A stretch of DNA of 64,000 nt from a virus. Below the pieces are notes generated by a model. It saw nothing but the letters and a program-made list of their open reading frames with translations. It was not told the origin of the DNA and did no database searches. The stretch is taken from the IMG/VR virus record IMGVR_UViG_3300043357_000064, positions 1 through 64,000 of that record, one strand, 5' to 3'. The position numbers and the translations under genes were made by a program. This document shows positions 53,154 to 62,010 of this stretch, in pieces (position 1 is the first letter of the stretch; each line of letters starts with the position of its first letter).

Positions 53154-53590
53154 GGTGCGATCTCCTCGGCGAGCGCGGTGAGGCTCGTGTAGGTGTTGCC
53201 TTCGGCAATCCATGCGTCGAGCGCCCGCAGAACCTCGGCCGTGACATGGGCGGCGATCGGCTCCGGATGTCCGAACGCGTGCCGTCGGACGCCGTCGTCG
53301 GTGCGTTCCGCCGTGAACGTCTGCCCGCATGAGTCGACGGGGAGCGTGCGGTAGGCGGCTTCGGCGATCGGATGCATGTCCCAGGCTGGCCCGATGTGGC
53401 CGTCGGCGGCAGCCCTGTAGGAACCGGCGAGCTCGGCCAGCGGTTCGACGCTCCACAGCCCGCACATCGGCCACGACTCCAACTTGGCCATCGCCACCTT
53501 GGCGGCCTCCTCGTTGTCGAACGGTCCCCAGATCTTCTGGACGCCGCTCTGGTCGCCGTACTGGAGCAGCACCACAAACGCCTCGTTCAC
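53150..53590 (-). CDS. Hypothetical protein
   Basis: GTG at 53590 (GTGA overlap) in track ORF 53150-53938. Confidence 0.45.
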   Translation of the reverse strand: MNEAFVVLLQYGDQSGVQKIWGPFDNEEAAKVAMAKLESWPMCGLWSVEPLAELAGSYRAAADGHIGPAWDMHPIAEAAYRTLPVDSCGQTFTAERTDDGVRRHAFGHPEPIAAHVTAEVLRALDAWIAEGNTYTSLTALAEEIAP

Positions 53591-54696
53591 CCTGCCATCC
53601 TCTCGTCTGCACCCAGCATGAGCGCCTCCATTTCCTTGACGTGCGTCCGCCACCGGCCGCGTGCGTCGAGTTTGACGCCGCGCACCTGCTCCGACCACTG
53701 CCCGCAGTTGCAGCGGGTCGCCCAATACCGGTCGACTTCGATCGGCCCGTTCGGTCCCGGCTTCTCGGCGTAGATGACGGTCAACTTGCCCTCGAATGCG
53801 TGCACCTGCGCCTCGGTCGGCCGCTGTGCCCTGATCCGGGCTCCGAGCGCCAGCCATTCCTTGTCCGGCCAGTCGTGCTTGCACCGCGGGCAGCGGATGA
53901 GGCTGACGTAGGCGTCCTGCCAGATGGCGCCGCCGCACGGACCTTCACTGCCGGTCTCCCGGTCGATGCGGCGTTCGGGACATGGGCCGATGAAGGTCAG
54001 GTTCGATCGTTCGCCCAGCACTGCCCGGCAGGCACCGAGCATGATCCGCAGTCCGGTCAAGAAGTCGGCGATGTCGTCGCCGTCGTCGCAGGCGGCGTCC
54101 AGCCGGGAGGCGAGCGCGGCGATCATGTCGACGAGCGCGGTTGCGGGTGGCCGGCCGAACCGGGCGGCGTATTCGGCGTCGGTGGTGTCGGCGATGTTGG
54201 CTGTGACCTTGTAGCCGTCGCCGGGGCCGTGGTGCATCTCCACCACGATCTTCGAAGCGGTGAGAAGGCGCCGCATCAGGGCTGCGCTGCCGCCTGGTGC
54301 TGCCGAGTGCTTCACCGCCGGGATGTTGACCCGCGGTGCCACGCGGGGCCCGAAGTGGTAGCGCTCGGCCCACGCCTCGTACCACTCTTCGAGCCAGACG
54401 CGTAGCGGCACGATCCCGACCTGACTGGCACCTTCGCGCAAGTCAGGGTCGAAAGTTCCGGCAGCGAGGAGCGAGAACGCGTCGAGCCGCAGCGGTAGGG
54501 GTGCGCTGTCGGACTTGGTCGTCTTCACCCCGCCACTGTCACGGGTCGCGCCGGGGATCAGCGCCATCGGCAGGAGCGGCGCGTGCCTGGCGAGTTCGGC
54601 GAGTTGTTCGGCGGCGCGCTGGCGGCAGTTTTCGCAAACGTGCGGCGCTCCGCTATTGGTACGGCCGCAGCCGTGGCAGGTGGTGTCATCGGTCAT
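53587..54696 (-). CDS. Hypothetical protein with several Zn-ribbon-like Cys pairs
   Basis: 369 aa. CHGCGRTNSGAPHVCENC at the N-terminus, CPRCKHDW, CNCGQW. Confidence 0.55.
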   Translation of the reverse strand: MTDDTTCHGCGRTNSGAPHVCENCRQRAAEQLAELARHAPLLPMALIPGATRDSGGVKTTKSDSAPLPLRLDAFSLLAAGTFDPDLREGASQVGIVPLRVWLEEWYEAWAERYHFGPRVAPRVNIPAVKHSAAPGGSAALMRRLLTASKIVVEMHHGPGDGYKVTANIADTTDAEYAARFGRPPATALVDMIAALASRLDAACDDGDDIADFLTGLRIMLGACRAVLGERSNLTFIGPCPERRIDRETGSEGPCGGAIWQDAYVSLIRCPRCKHDWPDKEWLALGARIRAQRPTEAQVHAFEGKLTVIYAEKPGPNGPIEVDRYWATRCNCGQWSEQVRGVKLDARGRWRTHVKEMEALMLGADERMAG

Positions 54697-54732
54697 GTTG
54701 ATCTCCCGTCGTGCAGGTGGCGCGAAGCTGAC

Positions 54733-54763
54733 AATTTCATCAGGCTTTCTCTAATTTCATCAG
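54733..54763 (+). repeat. Direct repeat AATTTCATCAG x2 (20-bp spacing) in an AT-rich left end
   Basis: 54733-54743 and 54753-54763, just upstream of the HTH ORF. Confidence 0.55.
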
Positions 54764-54776
54764 CTATACTCAGTGC

Positions 54777-54998
54777 GTGAAGCTGTCGGAATGGGCAAGA
54801 CGGAATGGTGTGCACTACCAGACCGCCTGGCAGTGGGCACGCGACGGGAAGATGCCGGTGCCTATCACCAAGACCGAGACCGGGCGGTACTTGGTTCTCG
54901 TGCCAGAGCCAAGCGTTGACAAAACGACGGTTGGATATTGCGTCTGTGGACGCCGGATCGAGGTCTCCGATTTCGTGACGGCGCCAGTGGTCCAATGA
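54777..54998 (+). pseudogene. tnpA: IS607-type TnpA reduced to its N-terminal MerR-like HTH
   Basis: MKLSEWARRNGVHYQTAWQWARDGKMPVP matches the IS607 TnpA N-terminus. Only 73 aa; the serine-recombinase catalytic domain is absent. ATGA overlap with tnpB. Confidence 0.6.
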
Positions 54999-56212
54999 GC
55001 CGCGTCAAGCAAGGATTCCGGGTCGAGTTGCGGCCAACTGTTGATCAGCGAGGTCGGCTCGGCCAGCATGCCGGACTTTCGCGAGCTGTCGAGAACTTTT
55101 GCCTTCAGCGGGTGAAAGACGCACTCGATCAGCGCGACGCTGAGCGCACCTACGGCGTACCCGCCGAGGCGCTGACGACGGTGCCGTGGTCGGCGCCCGC
55201 AATGGAGCGAGCCTGGCGCGTTGCCCACCCGGCCCGGTATCCGTGGTTTATGGCGGCCGACATGTCCTCGCGGATTCCCAAAGAGGCGTGCCGAGTCAGA
55301 GCTGCTGGCTTGAAGAACTGGGCCGAGTCCCGTAGCGGCAAACGCAAGGGCCGCAGAGTCGGTTTCCCGGCATGGCGGAAGCGCAAAGATGGTTCTCGCT
55401 TCAGCTATGACGGCCACCAGGCGCATCCGGATGGACCTCGCGTAGTGCACCTTCCGAAGATCGGCAAGGTCCACACGCTCGAAGACATGTCCTGGCTGCT
55501 CGAACGCATTAGCGATGGCCGTGCGCGGGTCATTGGTACAACCATCAAAGAGCGGGCCGGACGCTGGTGGGTGTCGTTCCAACTCGACATCGACCGCACC
55601 GATGTTAACGCGCGTCACGCCGTGACGCCTGATCGGCCAGCGTGCGGTATTGATCTCGGCGTGAAGACGTTCGCGGTCGTATCCGACGACAACGGCGGCA
55701 TCACCGAGATCAACGCGCCGCGTGCACTGAAGGCGGCGCAGCGCAAGCTCCGCAAGGCAAACAAGGCGCTGGCCCGCACGCGGCGGGGATCGGCGAACCG
55801 GGCGAATGCCGTCCGAGTCGTCGCCCAGGTTCACCTGACCGTTGCGAACCGTCGCAACGACTTCCTGCACAAGACGACCACGATGCTCGCGAGAACCAAG
55901 CGGGCAATCGCGGTCGAAGATCTGAACGTCGCTGGCATGGTCAAGAACCGGCGGCTCGCACGCGCCATCTCCGATGCGGGATTCGGCGAGTTCATCCGCC
56001 AACTGGAATACAAGGCGGCCTGGTACGGATCGAAGGTGTGGGCGGCGGACCGCTGGTACCCGAGCAGTAAAACGTGCTCGTCCTGCGGAGCGGTCCACTC
56101 CGGGCTGACGTTGTCCGATCGGATCTGGCTGTGCGCCTGTGGCGTAGAGCACGACCGGGACATCAACGCGGCCCGGAACCTGCTCGCACAGATGACTCTC
56201 GCAACGACCTAG
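54995..56212 (+). CDS. tnpB: TnpB RNA-guided endonuclease
   Basis: MSRVKQGFRVELRPT start. CGIDLGV, IAVEDLNV, DRDINAARNL. Zn finger CSSCGA...CACGVEH. Confidence 0.9.
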   Translation: MSRVKQGFRVELRPTVDQRGRLGQHAGLSRAVENFCLQRVKDALDQRDAERTYGVPAEALTTVPWSAPAMERAWRVAHPARYPWFMAADMSSRIPKEACRVRAAGLKNWAESRSGKRKGRRVGFPAWRKRKDGSRFSYDGHQAHPDGPRVVHLPKIGKVHTLEDMSWLLERISDGRARVIGTTIKERAGRWWVSFQLDIDRTDVNARHAVTPDRPACGIDLGVKTFAVVSDDNGGITEINAPRALKAAQRKLRKANKALARTRRGSANRANAVRVVAQVHLTVANRRNDFLHKTTTMLARTKRAIAVEDLNVAGMVKNRRLARAISDAGFGEFIRQLEYKAAWYGSKVWAADRWYPSSKTCSSCGAVHSGLTLSDRIWLCACGVEHDRDINAARNLLAQMTLATT

Positions 56213-56340
56213 CAGCACGTCGCCCGGCGGGTCTCGGGAGACGGTAAACGCCCGTGGAGGCGACGTAAGACCTCGGCTTGCCGGGGCGGATGCCAATGAA
56301 GCAGGAAAGAGAATCACTATGATTCTCCGAGCAGGGATGC
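56100..56340 (+). ncRNA. Predicted omega/reRNA region of the second TnpB (extent approximate)
   Basis: By analogy only: tnpB 3' end plus about 130 nt of non-coding downstream sequence. Confidence 0.3.
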
Positions 56341-56355
56341 CGGCCGTTTCGCTTT

Positions 56356-56829
56356 TCACGTGTTGGTGCCGTCGTCGTCAGGCCAGCCGCCGAGCAGCCG
56401 GTAGCGGTCCGGGTAGGCACGGGCTGCCGCTTGACGGAGGATCCGGTGCTGGATGCGATGGATGTCGGCGGCGAGTTCCGCCCGGTCCTGCCGCGCGCCC
56501 GCTCCTTCCGTGATGATCTCGTTTCGGATCACGTTCCGGAGTTCGACGGTAAGATCCATCGCCCGATGCTCTGCGGGAGTTAAAGGCTCAGCCGGGCCGG
56601 ATGCCGAATCGTCGACTAGCGACCACGGCGGCACATCGAAGATCACGCCGAGCGCGATCATTTCGTCGACGGTGACGGACTGGCGACGGCCGCCCTCGAA
56701 ATTGGCCACGACCGAACGGTCCCAGGCGCAACCGGCTTCGGTCATGCGTGCCCCGAGATCTGGTTGCGACCATTCACGGGCGCGGCGGAGAGTGCGTATA
56801 CGTCTGGCAAGCCCCGGTGTCGTCGTCAT
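56356..56829 (-). CDS. XRE-family HTH regulator with C-terminal extension
   Basis: 157 aa. LARRIRTLRRAREWSQPDLGARM...TVDEMIALGVIFDVPP. Confidence 0.7.
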   Translation of the reverse strand: MTTTPGLARRIRTLRRAREWSQPDLGARMTEAGCAWDRSVVANFEGGRRQSVTVDEMIALGVIFDVPPWSLVDDSASGPAEPLTPAEHRAMDLTVELRNVIRNEIITEGAGARQDRAELAADIHRIQHRILRQAAARAYPDRYRLLGGWPDDDGTNT

Positions 56830-57116
56830 GCCGTGTCGCCCACTCTCGGAATCATCGGCAACGTGGCCATCGGCTTGAGCAACTCGGCCGGTTCGATGCC
56901 GAAGACGTTGGCGAATGCAACCAGATCGTCGGCGTCAACTCGACGCCCTAGGTTCTCGATGCGATGGATAGCCATTCGCTCAAGTGGCCTGCCGGCGGCA
57001 GTCAGTCGCGCGGTCAACTCCTTCTTGGTCATCCGGTTGACATCGCGAATCGCCGCAATATTCGCGGCCACCGCGCGTCCGGCCGCCTCGATGGTGATCC
57101 TCTTTTCGGTCTCCAT
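56826..57116 (-). CDS. XRE-family HTH regulator
   Basis: ATG at 57116 with GGGAGAGG RBS. AANIAAIRDVNRMTKKELTARL...DDLVAFANVFGIEP. Confidence 0.65.
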   Translation of the reverse strand: METEKRITIEAAGRAVAANIAAIRDVNRMTKKELTARLTAAGRPLERMAIHRIENLGRRVDADDLVAFANVFGIEPAELLKPMATLPMIPRVGDTA

Positions 57117-57273
57117 CAGCCTCTCCCGATCATGAGCGTGATACCGAATAGGTTGATCTCGATCGCGTCGGCGGCGAAGTTTCGGCGGGCGCCGATCCAC
57201 CATTCGCCGCGACGCAGCCCGAAGACCCACGTGTAGCCCCACCGGTGCCTCTGCCAGCGCATGATTCGTGGCT

Positions 57274-57642
57274 TCACAGCACGAACTGCCCGTCGAACGG
57301 TTCGCTCCGACTCGACTGGACGACTCCAGGCTCGGCAACTTCACCGTCGATGATGCGGTGGCCGTCGCGATATCGCGGTCGGTCGACCTCCTGCCAGATG
57401 GCGACGAACGGGAGCATCGAGTCGATCGTGACCGGCAGCTCCGGCTGCGGGAATACGACGCCCTGCTCGTACTGCCGACGAGCTTCGTCGGCGCTGAACT
57501 GTGATCCAGTGCGGGATGCTCGCCGAGGCCCGATGGAGAATGTGCCCCCGACGAGGTGGTCGGTCAGATCGACCGCCCGGCTGTGATCGAGCGTGCGCCC
57601 GTCGTCGAGGTAGGGAGTCCAGGTCGCGTGCTGCCCGGTCAT
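57274..57642 (-). CDS. Hypothetical protein
   Basis: ATG at 57642 with GAAGGAGAG RBS in track ORF 57274-57726. Confidence 0.5.
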   Translation of the reverse strand: MTGQHATWTPYLDDGRTLDHSRAVDLTDHLVGGTFSIGPRRASRTGSQFSADEARRQYEQGVVFPQPELPVTIDSMLPFVAIWQEVDRPRYRDGHRIIDGEVAEPGVVQSSRSEPFDGQFVL

Positions 57643-57652
57643 TGACTCTCCT

Positions 57653-57853
57653 TCAGGCATATTGGCCGATCCCGGCCGGTTCCGTTGTCGCGGCTCGTTC
57701 GGTCCACATGTAGTCGCAGCGCCCACAGTTGCGTTGCAGCGCAGGCCCGATGTCGGCGTAGTGGACGCATCGCGTGCTCGCGCCGGCGTGACCGCACTGT
57801 AGGCAGGCGACCATCGGCCCGGTGTACGGCGGTGCGATCAGGACTGGTTTCAC
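57653..57853 (-). CDS. Small Zn-ribbon protein
   Basis: 66 aa. CLQCGH...CGRCDY. Confidence 0.45.
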   Translation of the reverse strand: MKPVLIAPPYTGPMVACLQCGHAGASTRCVHYADIGPALQRNCGRCDYMWTERAATTEPAGIGQYA

Positions 57854-58137
57854 TCGGGCGCGGCTTGCCCTGGCTCGCGTGCTGCCGCGCCGTCTTCAAT
57901 GCGAGCCAGGTAGCGCGCATACGCGGCCACGTTCCGGCCGAGCGGACGACGCAGACCGTGCTCCCACCGGTGGACCGTGCTTGCGGCGACCCGCAGCCGC
58001 CGCCCGGCTTCCTCGCAGGAATGGCCGGCCACCTCGCGTAGCTCGGTGGCCTTGCCCGTATCGACTAGACCCGCGATATATGCCGCGCGGCCAGCGTTCG
58101 TTTGCTGGCGTGGCGTGGGCTCAGGCGTTGTCGACAT
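57850..58137 (-). CDS. HTH (XRE-like) protein
   Basis: ATG at 58137. LREVAGHSCEEAGRRLRVAASTVHRWEHG. Confidence 0.55.
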   Translation of the reverse strand: MSTTPEPTPRQQTNAGRAAYIAGLVDTGKATELREVAGHSCEEAGRRLRVAASTVHRWEHGLRRPLGRNVAAYARYLARIEDGAAAREPGQAAPE

Positions 58138-58447
58138 TGGCCACCCCCAGCCGTGAAGCTGGTACGCCGAGATAGTCGGCGAGCGCGACGGTAGCCCTGA
58201 TGCGATCAGCCAGGACCGCACCGACATCTTGTGTGATGCCGACCTCACACCCCTGGTCGACCAGCTCCGACCACTGCGCCTTGTGGTGTTCGGCAATCGC
58301 ATCCCGGACGGCTTCGACGCCGGCGAACAGCGCCGGGTCGTGCTGGCTGCCGATCCAACGCCACTCCGTACCGGTGCGGCGCGAAGCCTCCGCCTCGAAC
58401 GCGTCGAGGAACACGCGGGCAAGGTCAACTGGTCGTATCTCGCCCAT
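58121..58447 (-). CDS. Hypothetical protein
   Basis: ATG at 58447 (the track uses TTG at 58450). 108 aa. Confidence 0.45.
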   Translation of the reverse strand: MGEIRPVDLARVFLDAFEAEASRRTGTEWRWIGSQHDPALFAGVEAVRDAIAEHHKAQWSELVDQGCEVGITQDVGAVLADRIRATVALADYLGVPASRLGVANVDNA

Positions 58448-58629
58448 CAAGCACCCCTTCGGAGTTCGACTGGCAGCGCATTCAAATCGCGGTGTTGGGC
58501 CGGTGACGATGTGAGACTTTCCGCAGGTCCACGAGTTTTGGCTTTATCGAAGATCACCAATCCCAGCCGTCGCAATTCCCCGGCAACGGTCTCGACGACA
58601 ACGCCCTTCTCTTGCTCAACGAGTTTCAC
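58447..58629 (-). CDS. Small protein carrying a copy of the IFD-x-A-x-T-x2-PAESLTSSPA segment
   Basis: GTG at 58629 (GTGA overlap). 60 aa. Confidence 0.35.
   Translation of the reverse strand: MKLVEQEKGVVVETVAGELRRLGLVIFDKAKTRGPAESLTSSPAQHRDLNALPVELRRGA
58498..58558. repeat. Direct repeat copy A (61 nt)
   Basis: The 32-nt core ggccggtgacgatgtgagactttccgcaggtc matches 59486-59517 at 31/32. The tail atcgaagatcacc is identical. Confidence 0.8.
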
Positions 58630-59309
58630 GCCGTCAGCCCCAACTGACGTCCGGCCGCAGCCATCAACGCCGGAACCTGCTCCCACTGCTCCGGCGTCAA
58701 CGCCAAACCGCCGAGAATGAACCTGACGAACGCCGCGAGCTGGCTCCCGAACTGCTCCGCCACCCGCACCTTGCGCTCCTCAATCCCCGCACCGATCGCC
58801 GCCTTACACACATCCACCAGGTGTTTACGCTCCTGCTGGTAGAGGACAAGCCAGATGTTCGGCTTCGCCTCCTTGTCGACGTTGACACCCTCGAACTCGG
58901 TCGCCTGCTGGTCGGACTCCTTCGTCACACCCCACACGAGATCCTTCGCTTCGATTGCCCGGACCTGCTCGGCAAGGAAGTCGACAGCACCGGCCGTGCG
59001 GTACACCTCCTCGAGGAGGGCGTCCCGCGGATCGACCTCACGAGACAGGCCGTAGGTGACGACTGCTTGGGCTGCGATCGCCTTCTCTGCCGCCTTGGCG
59101 TGGGACTGGGTGGCGCCACCGTGGTTCTTGCATCGACCGAATCCCAGGTGTGACGTGCCCTTACCTGCGGGATTGCGGCACAGGAAGCCTTCGCCCTTGT
59201 CGCCGTTGCACTTGCCGTCCATCGGCTTCTTTGCTTCTTCTGGCCCGAATTCAACCTCTTGCTTGGTCGGTCGCCGGACTCGGGCCTTCCGGATCTCGTC
59301 GTCGGTCAC
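58626..59309 (-). CDS. Possible terminase small subunit-like protein (Cys...HGG motif)
   Basis: GTG at 59309 (GTGA overlap). CNGDKGEGFLCRNPAGKGTSHLGFGRCKNHGG resembles a motif I recall from actinophage small terminases. Weak, from memory. Confidence 0.3.
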   Translation of the reverse strand: MTDDEIRKARVRRPTKQEVEFGPEEAKKPMDGKCNGDKGEGFLCRNPAGKGTSHLGFGRCKNHGGATQSHAKAAEKAIAAQAVVTYGLSREVDPRDALLEEVYRTAGAVDFLAEQVRAIEAKDLVWGVTKESDQQATEFEGVNVDKEAKPNIWLVLYQQERKHLVDVCKAAIGAGIEERKVRVAEQFGSQLAAFVRFILGGLALTPEQWEQVPALMAAAGRQLGLTA

Positions 59310-59845
59310 TCGCCACCACCCTGCGCCGATTCGTCCTTGATGACCATGAATGTGCGTCCGCAGTCGTCGTTCGGGCAGCGGACGATGTCGCTCCAGGCGT
59401 GCCGGCTCGGAGGCATCTCGCGCATCGTCACACCGTCGGGGATGTCGCACTGCTGCGCGCAGTCGATGTGACGTAGCTCCTTGCCGGCCGGTGACGATGT
59501 GAGACTTTCGGCAGGTCGCGGCGTTTCCGCTTCATCGAAGATCACCGTTGTCGACGACCGTTCGGCATCCCATGCTTCGACCACATTCCGTACGTACGTG
59601 ATCCCGATGGCCTGGGGAAGGGTCAACAACTCGTGCTCCGGGTCGTTGTCAATGGCGTCGAGGTACATCCGCCCGACCGGCAACAGGACACCGAGCTCGT
59701 CACGGGCGTTCTCGGCCTTCGCGAGCAGGTCGACCAGCCCTTCCAGCTTGCCGGCGGCTTCGCACAGAAGGTCCAGCGTGGCGTCGCTGAGTTCTGTTTG
59801 CCGTCGAAGGTCGGCGGCAATGTCGTACGCCAAGCGCTCAGCCAT
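59306..59845 (-). CDS. Hypothetical protein with C-terminal Zn-ribbon
   Basis: ATG at 59845. 179 aa. Confidence 0.5.
   Translation of the reverse strand: MAERLAYDIAADLRRQTELSDATLDLLCEAAGKLEGLVDLLAKAENARDELGVLLPVGRMYLDAIDNDPEHELLTLPQAIGITYVRNVVEAWDAERSSTTVIFDEAETPRPAESLTSSPAGKELRHIDCAQQCDIPDGVTMREMPPSRHAWSDIVRCPNDDCGRTFMVIKDESAQGGGE
59486..59546. repeat. Direct repeat copy B (61 nt)
   Basis: 988 bp from copy A. About 53/61 identical overall. Confidence 0.8.
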
Positions 59846-59847
59846 GG

Positions 59848-60363
59848 TCACACTCCCTGCTTCGATTGATGCGGGTCGTCCCACCACGCCAAGCTCGCGC
59901 GCGTCAGCAACTCGTCGTCCGGGTCGGCGGACTTCATCGACCGGTCGTAGCGCAGCACTGCAGCGACTGCAGCCTCTCGCGCTTCGGTGGTCATCTTCGA
60001 GGTCGTCCACCGCCATTTGCCGCTGTCGAGCCAGACGGTGTGCATGGCTTCGTCGAGAGCGGCTTGCCCGGCTCTGGCTTCTTCGAGAGCAGCCACGACA
60101 GCCGGAAGCCACGTGCGGGCGCCGACAATGAACGCGGCGTCAGCAGGGAGCGGCCAGTATTCGGCGTAGTTCGTGCCCGACTTTGGCGCCTTCAAGATCT
60201 GGTGGTTGATGATCTGCTCCGGGATGATGCCGCCCTGGGCTGGGATCACACCGCCAACGCCGTGGAGACGCCACATCAGGTCGTCTTCGTCGAACCACCA
60301 CGGGCCATCGGTAGCAGCCTCGATGGCGACTCGGATTGCTTCGATATCCAAGGCTTCGGTCAT
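59848..60363 (-). CDS. Hypothetical early protein (ead/Ea22-like guess)
   Basis: ATG at 60363 (ATGA overlap). IEAATDGPWWFDEDD. Confidence 0.5.
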   Translation of the reverse strand: MTEALDIEAIRVAIEAATDGPWWFDEDDLMWRLHGVGGVIPAQGGIIPEQIINHQILKAPKSGTNYAEYWPLPADAAFIVGARTWLPAVVAALEEARAGQAALDEAMHTVWLDSGKWRWTTSKMTTEAREAAVAAVLRYDRSMKSADPDDELLTRASLAWWDDPHQSKQGV

Positions 60364-60917
60364 GACTCGCTCTCTTCGATCGGAATCACCAAGGCGCCCG
60401 TGAGGGGACAGCGCCGCTCCTGGATGCCATGGGGCTCGTATCTGCAGTCGGACGTGATCACGGCAACCTGCTCGCAGAGCGGGCATTTCACCCGGTTGCC
60501 GTTCCGCGCCGCGAACTCTTTGGCCAGTCGGAGGCGTTCGGGTCGCGCTGCCTCGACCTGATAGTCGGAGATCTGCGCTCGGAGACGTAGCACCTCGTCG
60601 GCAAGTTTCGGAATGCACTCCAAAGCCGTCGCCAACACCAGGTCGCTGTCCCGCCACGGCTCGGCCGGGATGTGCATCGTCCACTTTCGGGTGCCGTCCG
60701 CGAGTCCTTCTACCTCGACGATCGCGACGGTGTACCTGTCGATCGCAGCGAAGATGTCGACCGACACGCTGCCGTCTTCGTCTTTGATCTCGATGCTGCG
60801 GGCTCGGATGGCTTCGAGGTCGAGACTCACCCGAGGTACGCCGGCAGAAGTGTCGAAGGCGTGCTCAGGCTGCGGGCGGCGCGACGTGGCGATCTCCACC
60901 GGCACCGGGCTAGACAT
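60360..60917 (-). CDS. Hypothetical protein with C-terminal Cys cluster
   Basis: ATG at 60917. 185 aa. Confidence 0.5.
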   Translation of the reverse strand: MSSPVPVEIATSRRPQPEHAFDTSAGVPRVSLDLEAIRARSIEIKDEDGSVSVDIFAAIDRYTVAIVEVEGLADGTRKWTMHIPAEPWRDSDLVLATALECIPKLADEVLRLRAQISDYQVEAARPERLRLAKEFAARNGNRVKCPLCEQVAVITSDCRYEPHGIQERRCPLTGALVIPIEESES

Positions 60918-61242
60918 CGGCCGCTGCCTCGACGACGTGAGCCAACGCCAGCAGATCGACGTCAACCCACCGTGGTGCCGTCTGCGCGAGTATCCGCAGC
61001 AGGCGGCCGACAAGCAGCGCAACGCCGGGTGTCGGATCGCCCGGCCGCAGGATGAAACCGCCGTCTTCCTCGTTGCTGACGACCTCCAGCGGGCGATCCG
61101 TGATTCCGGCCAGTGCACGGACCAGTGCCTTCGCGTCGATCTCGCCCTGCGATCCGACGCGCAGGTCGATCCAGCGGTATGGGCCGTCCGGGAGACGGAC
61201 GATCAGCGGGTCGACCGCGAGCATGTCCATGTCGTCGCTCAT
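60910..61242 (-). CDS. Hypothetical protein
   Basis: ATG at 61242 (ATGA overlap). Confidence 0.45.
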   Translation of the reverse strand: MSDDMDMLAVDPLIVRLPDGPYRWIDLRVGSQGEIDAKALVRALAGITDRPLEVVSNEEDGGFILRPGDPTPGVALLVGRLLRILAQTAPRWVDVDLLALAHVVEAAADV

Positions 61243-61649
61243 TCGGGCACAACCTTCCCGTACTCCAGCCGCGAGCGGATGCCCTGCGGGTCGACGATGT
61301 AGACCTTCGGCTGGCACCGGTGATCGGTTGCCACGGCCATGGCGTCAGGTGCGTCGAGGATCGGCTCGTCGTCGTCCTCTGTCGACACCCAGTCGCAGGT
61401 GGAGCAGCCGACCGTCCAGACTTCGCCGGCGTCGACCGGTGTCGCGGTGCCGGAGCAGATCGGGCAGATGACGTCGTCGAGGTCCTTGCCGGTCACCGAC
61501 TTGCCCTGGAACGTCCGCCAGCCCTCGGCCCGTGCGACGTCCCGGCTCGAATAGGTACGGCGGTTGCAGTGCTTACAGGCGAGTGGCTTCACCACCGGCA
61601 CCGGAATGACGGTGGGTACGTGGATCGCCTCCTCGGCGGGCGCGGTCAA
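61239..61649 (-). CDS. Hypothetical Zn-binding protein
   Basis: 136 aa. CKHCN...CPICSG...CSTCDW. Confidence 0.5.
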   Translation of the reverse strand: MTAPAEEAIHVPTVIPVPVVKPLACKHCNRRTYSSRDVARAEGWRTFQGKSVTGKDLDDVICPICSGTATPVDAGEVWTVGCSTCDWVSTEDDDEPILDAPDAMAVATDHRCQPKVYIVDPQGIRSRLEYGKVVPE

Positions 61650-61942
61650 GACGCACGCTCACACGACGTCGAGGTGATCTTCACGAGGTGCCAGACGAGC
61701 GGGCCGACCAGCGCGGAGCCGACGTGGCTGATCTCGCCGTCGACATCGATCGGGTGGCCGGTGCCGAACACGCGCAGCGTCACGCTCTCCTCGGGCTGAC
61801 CAGGGTTGTTGTACGCCCAGAACTCGACGACATCCGGACGGCGCGACGCCACATGGACGATCGGGCCGGACAACTCGAACTCATGGCACCGGTCATCCAC
61901 CGGTACCTCGTAGCGGTAGACGGAACTCGGCTGCTCAAGCAT
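61646..61942 (-). CDS. Hypothetical protein
   Basis: ATG at 61942 with GAAGGAGAA RBS. YRYEVPVDDRCHEFELSG. Confidence 0.5.
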   Translation of the reverse strand: MLEQPSSVYRYEVPVDDRCHEFELSGPIVHVASRRPDVVEFWAYNNPGQPEESVTLRVFGTGHPIDVDGEISHVGSALVGPLVWHLVKITSTSCERAS

Positions 61943-62010
61943 CGGTTGTTCTCCTTCGTTGAGATCTGGTTCGGGCCGTACTGCTTGCGGCGAAGACGGC
62001 GGCTTACTGC

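Larger units (their letters stand above)
54733..56340 (+). mobile_element. IS607-like element remnant (truncated tnpA + intact tnpB); ends approximate
   Basis: Sits in the intergenic space between minus-strand phage genes (54696 and 56356) and is on the opposite strand to them. Confidence 0.6.

Noticed and set aside
54815-56359. 514-aa minus-strand ORF spanning the IS607-like element.
   Set aside because: It is antisense to tnpB and has Arg/Pro/Gly-rich composition, whereas the plus frame has all the TnpB motifs.
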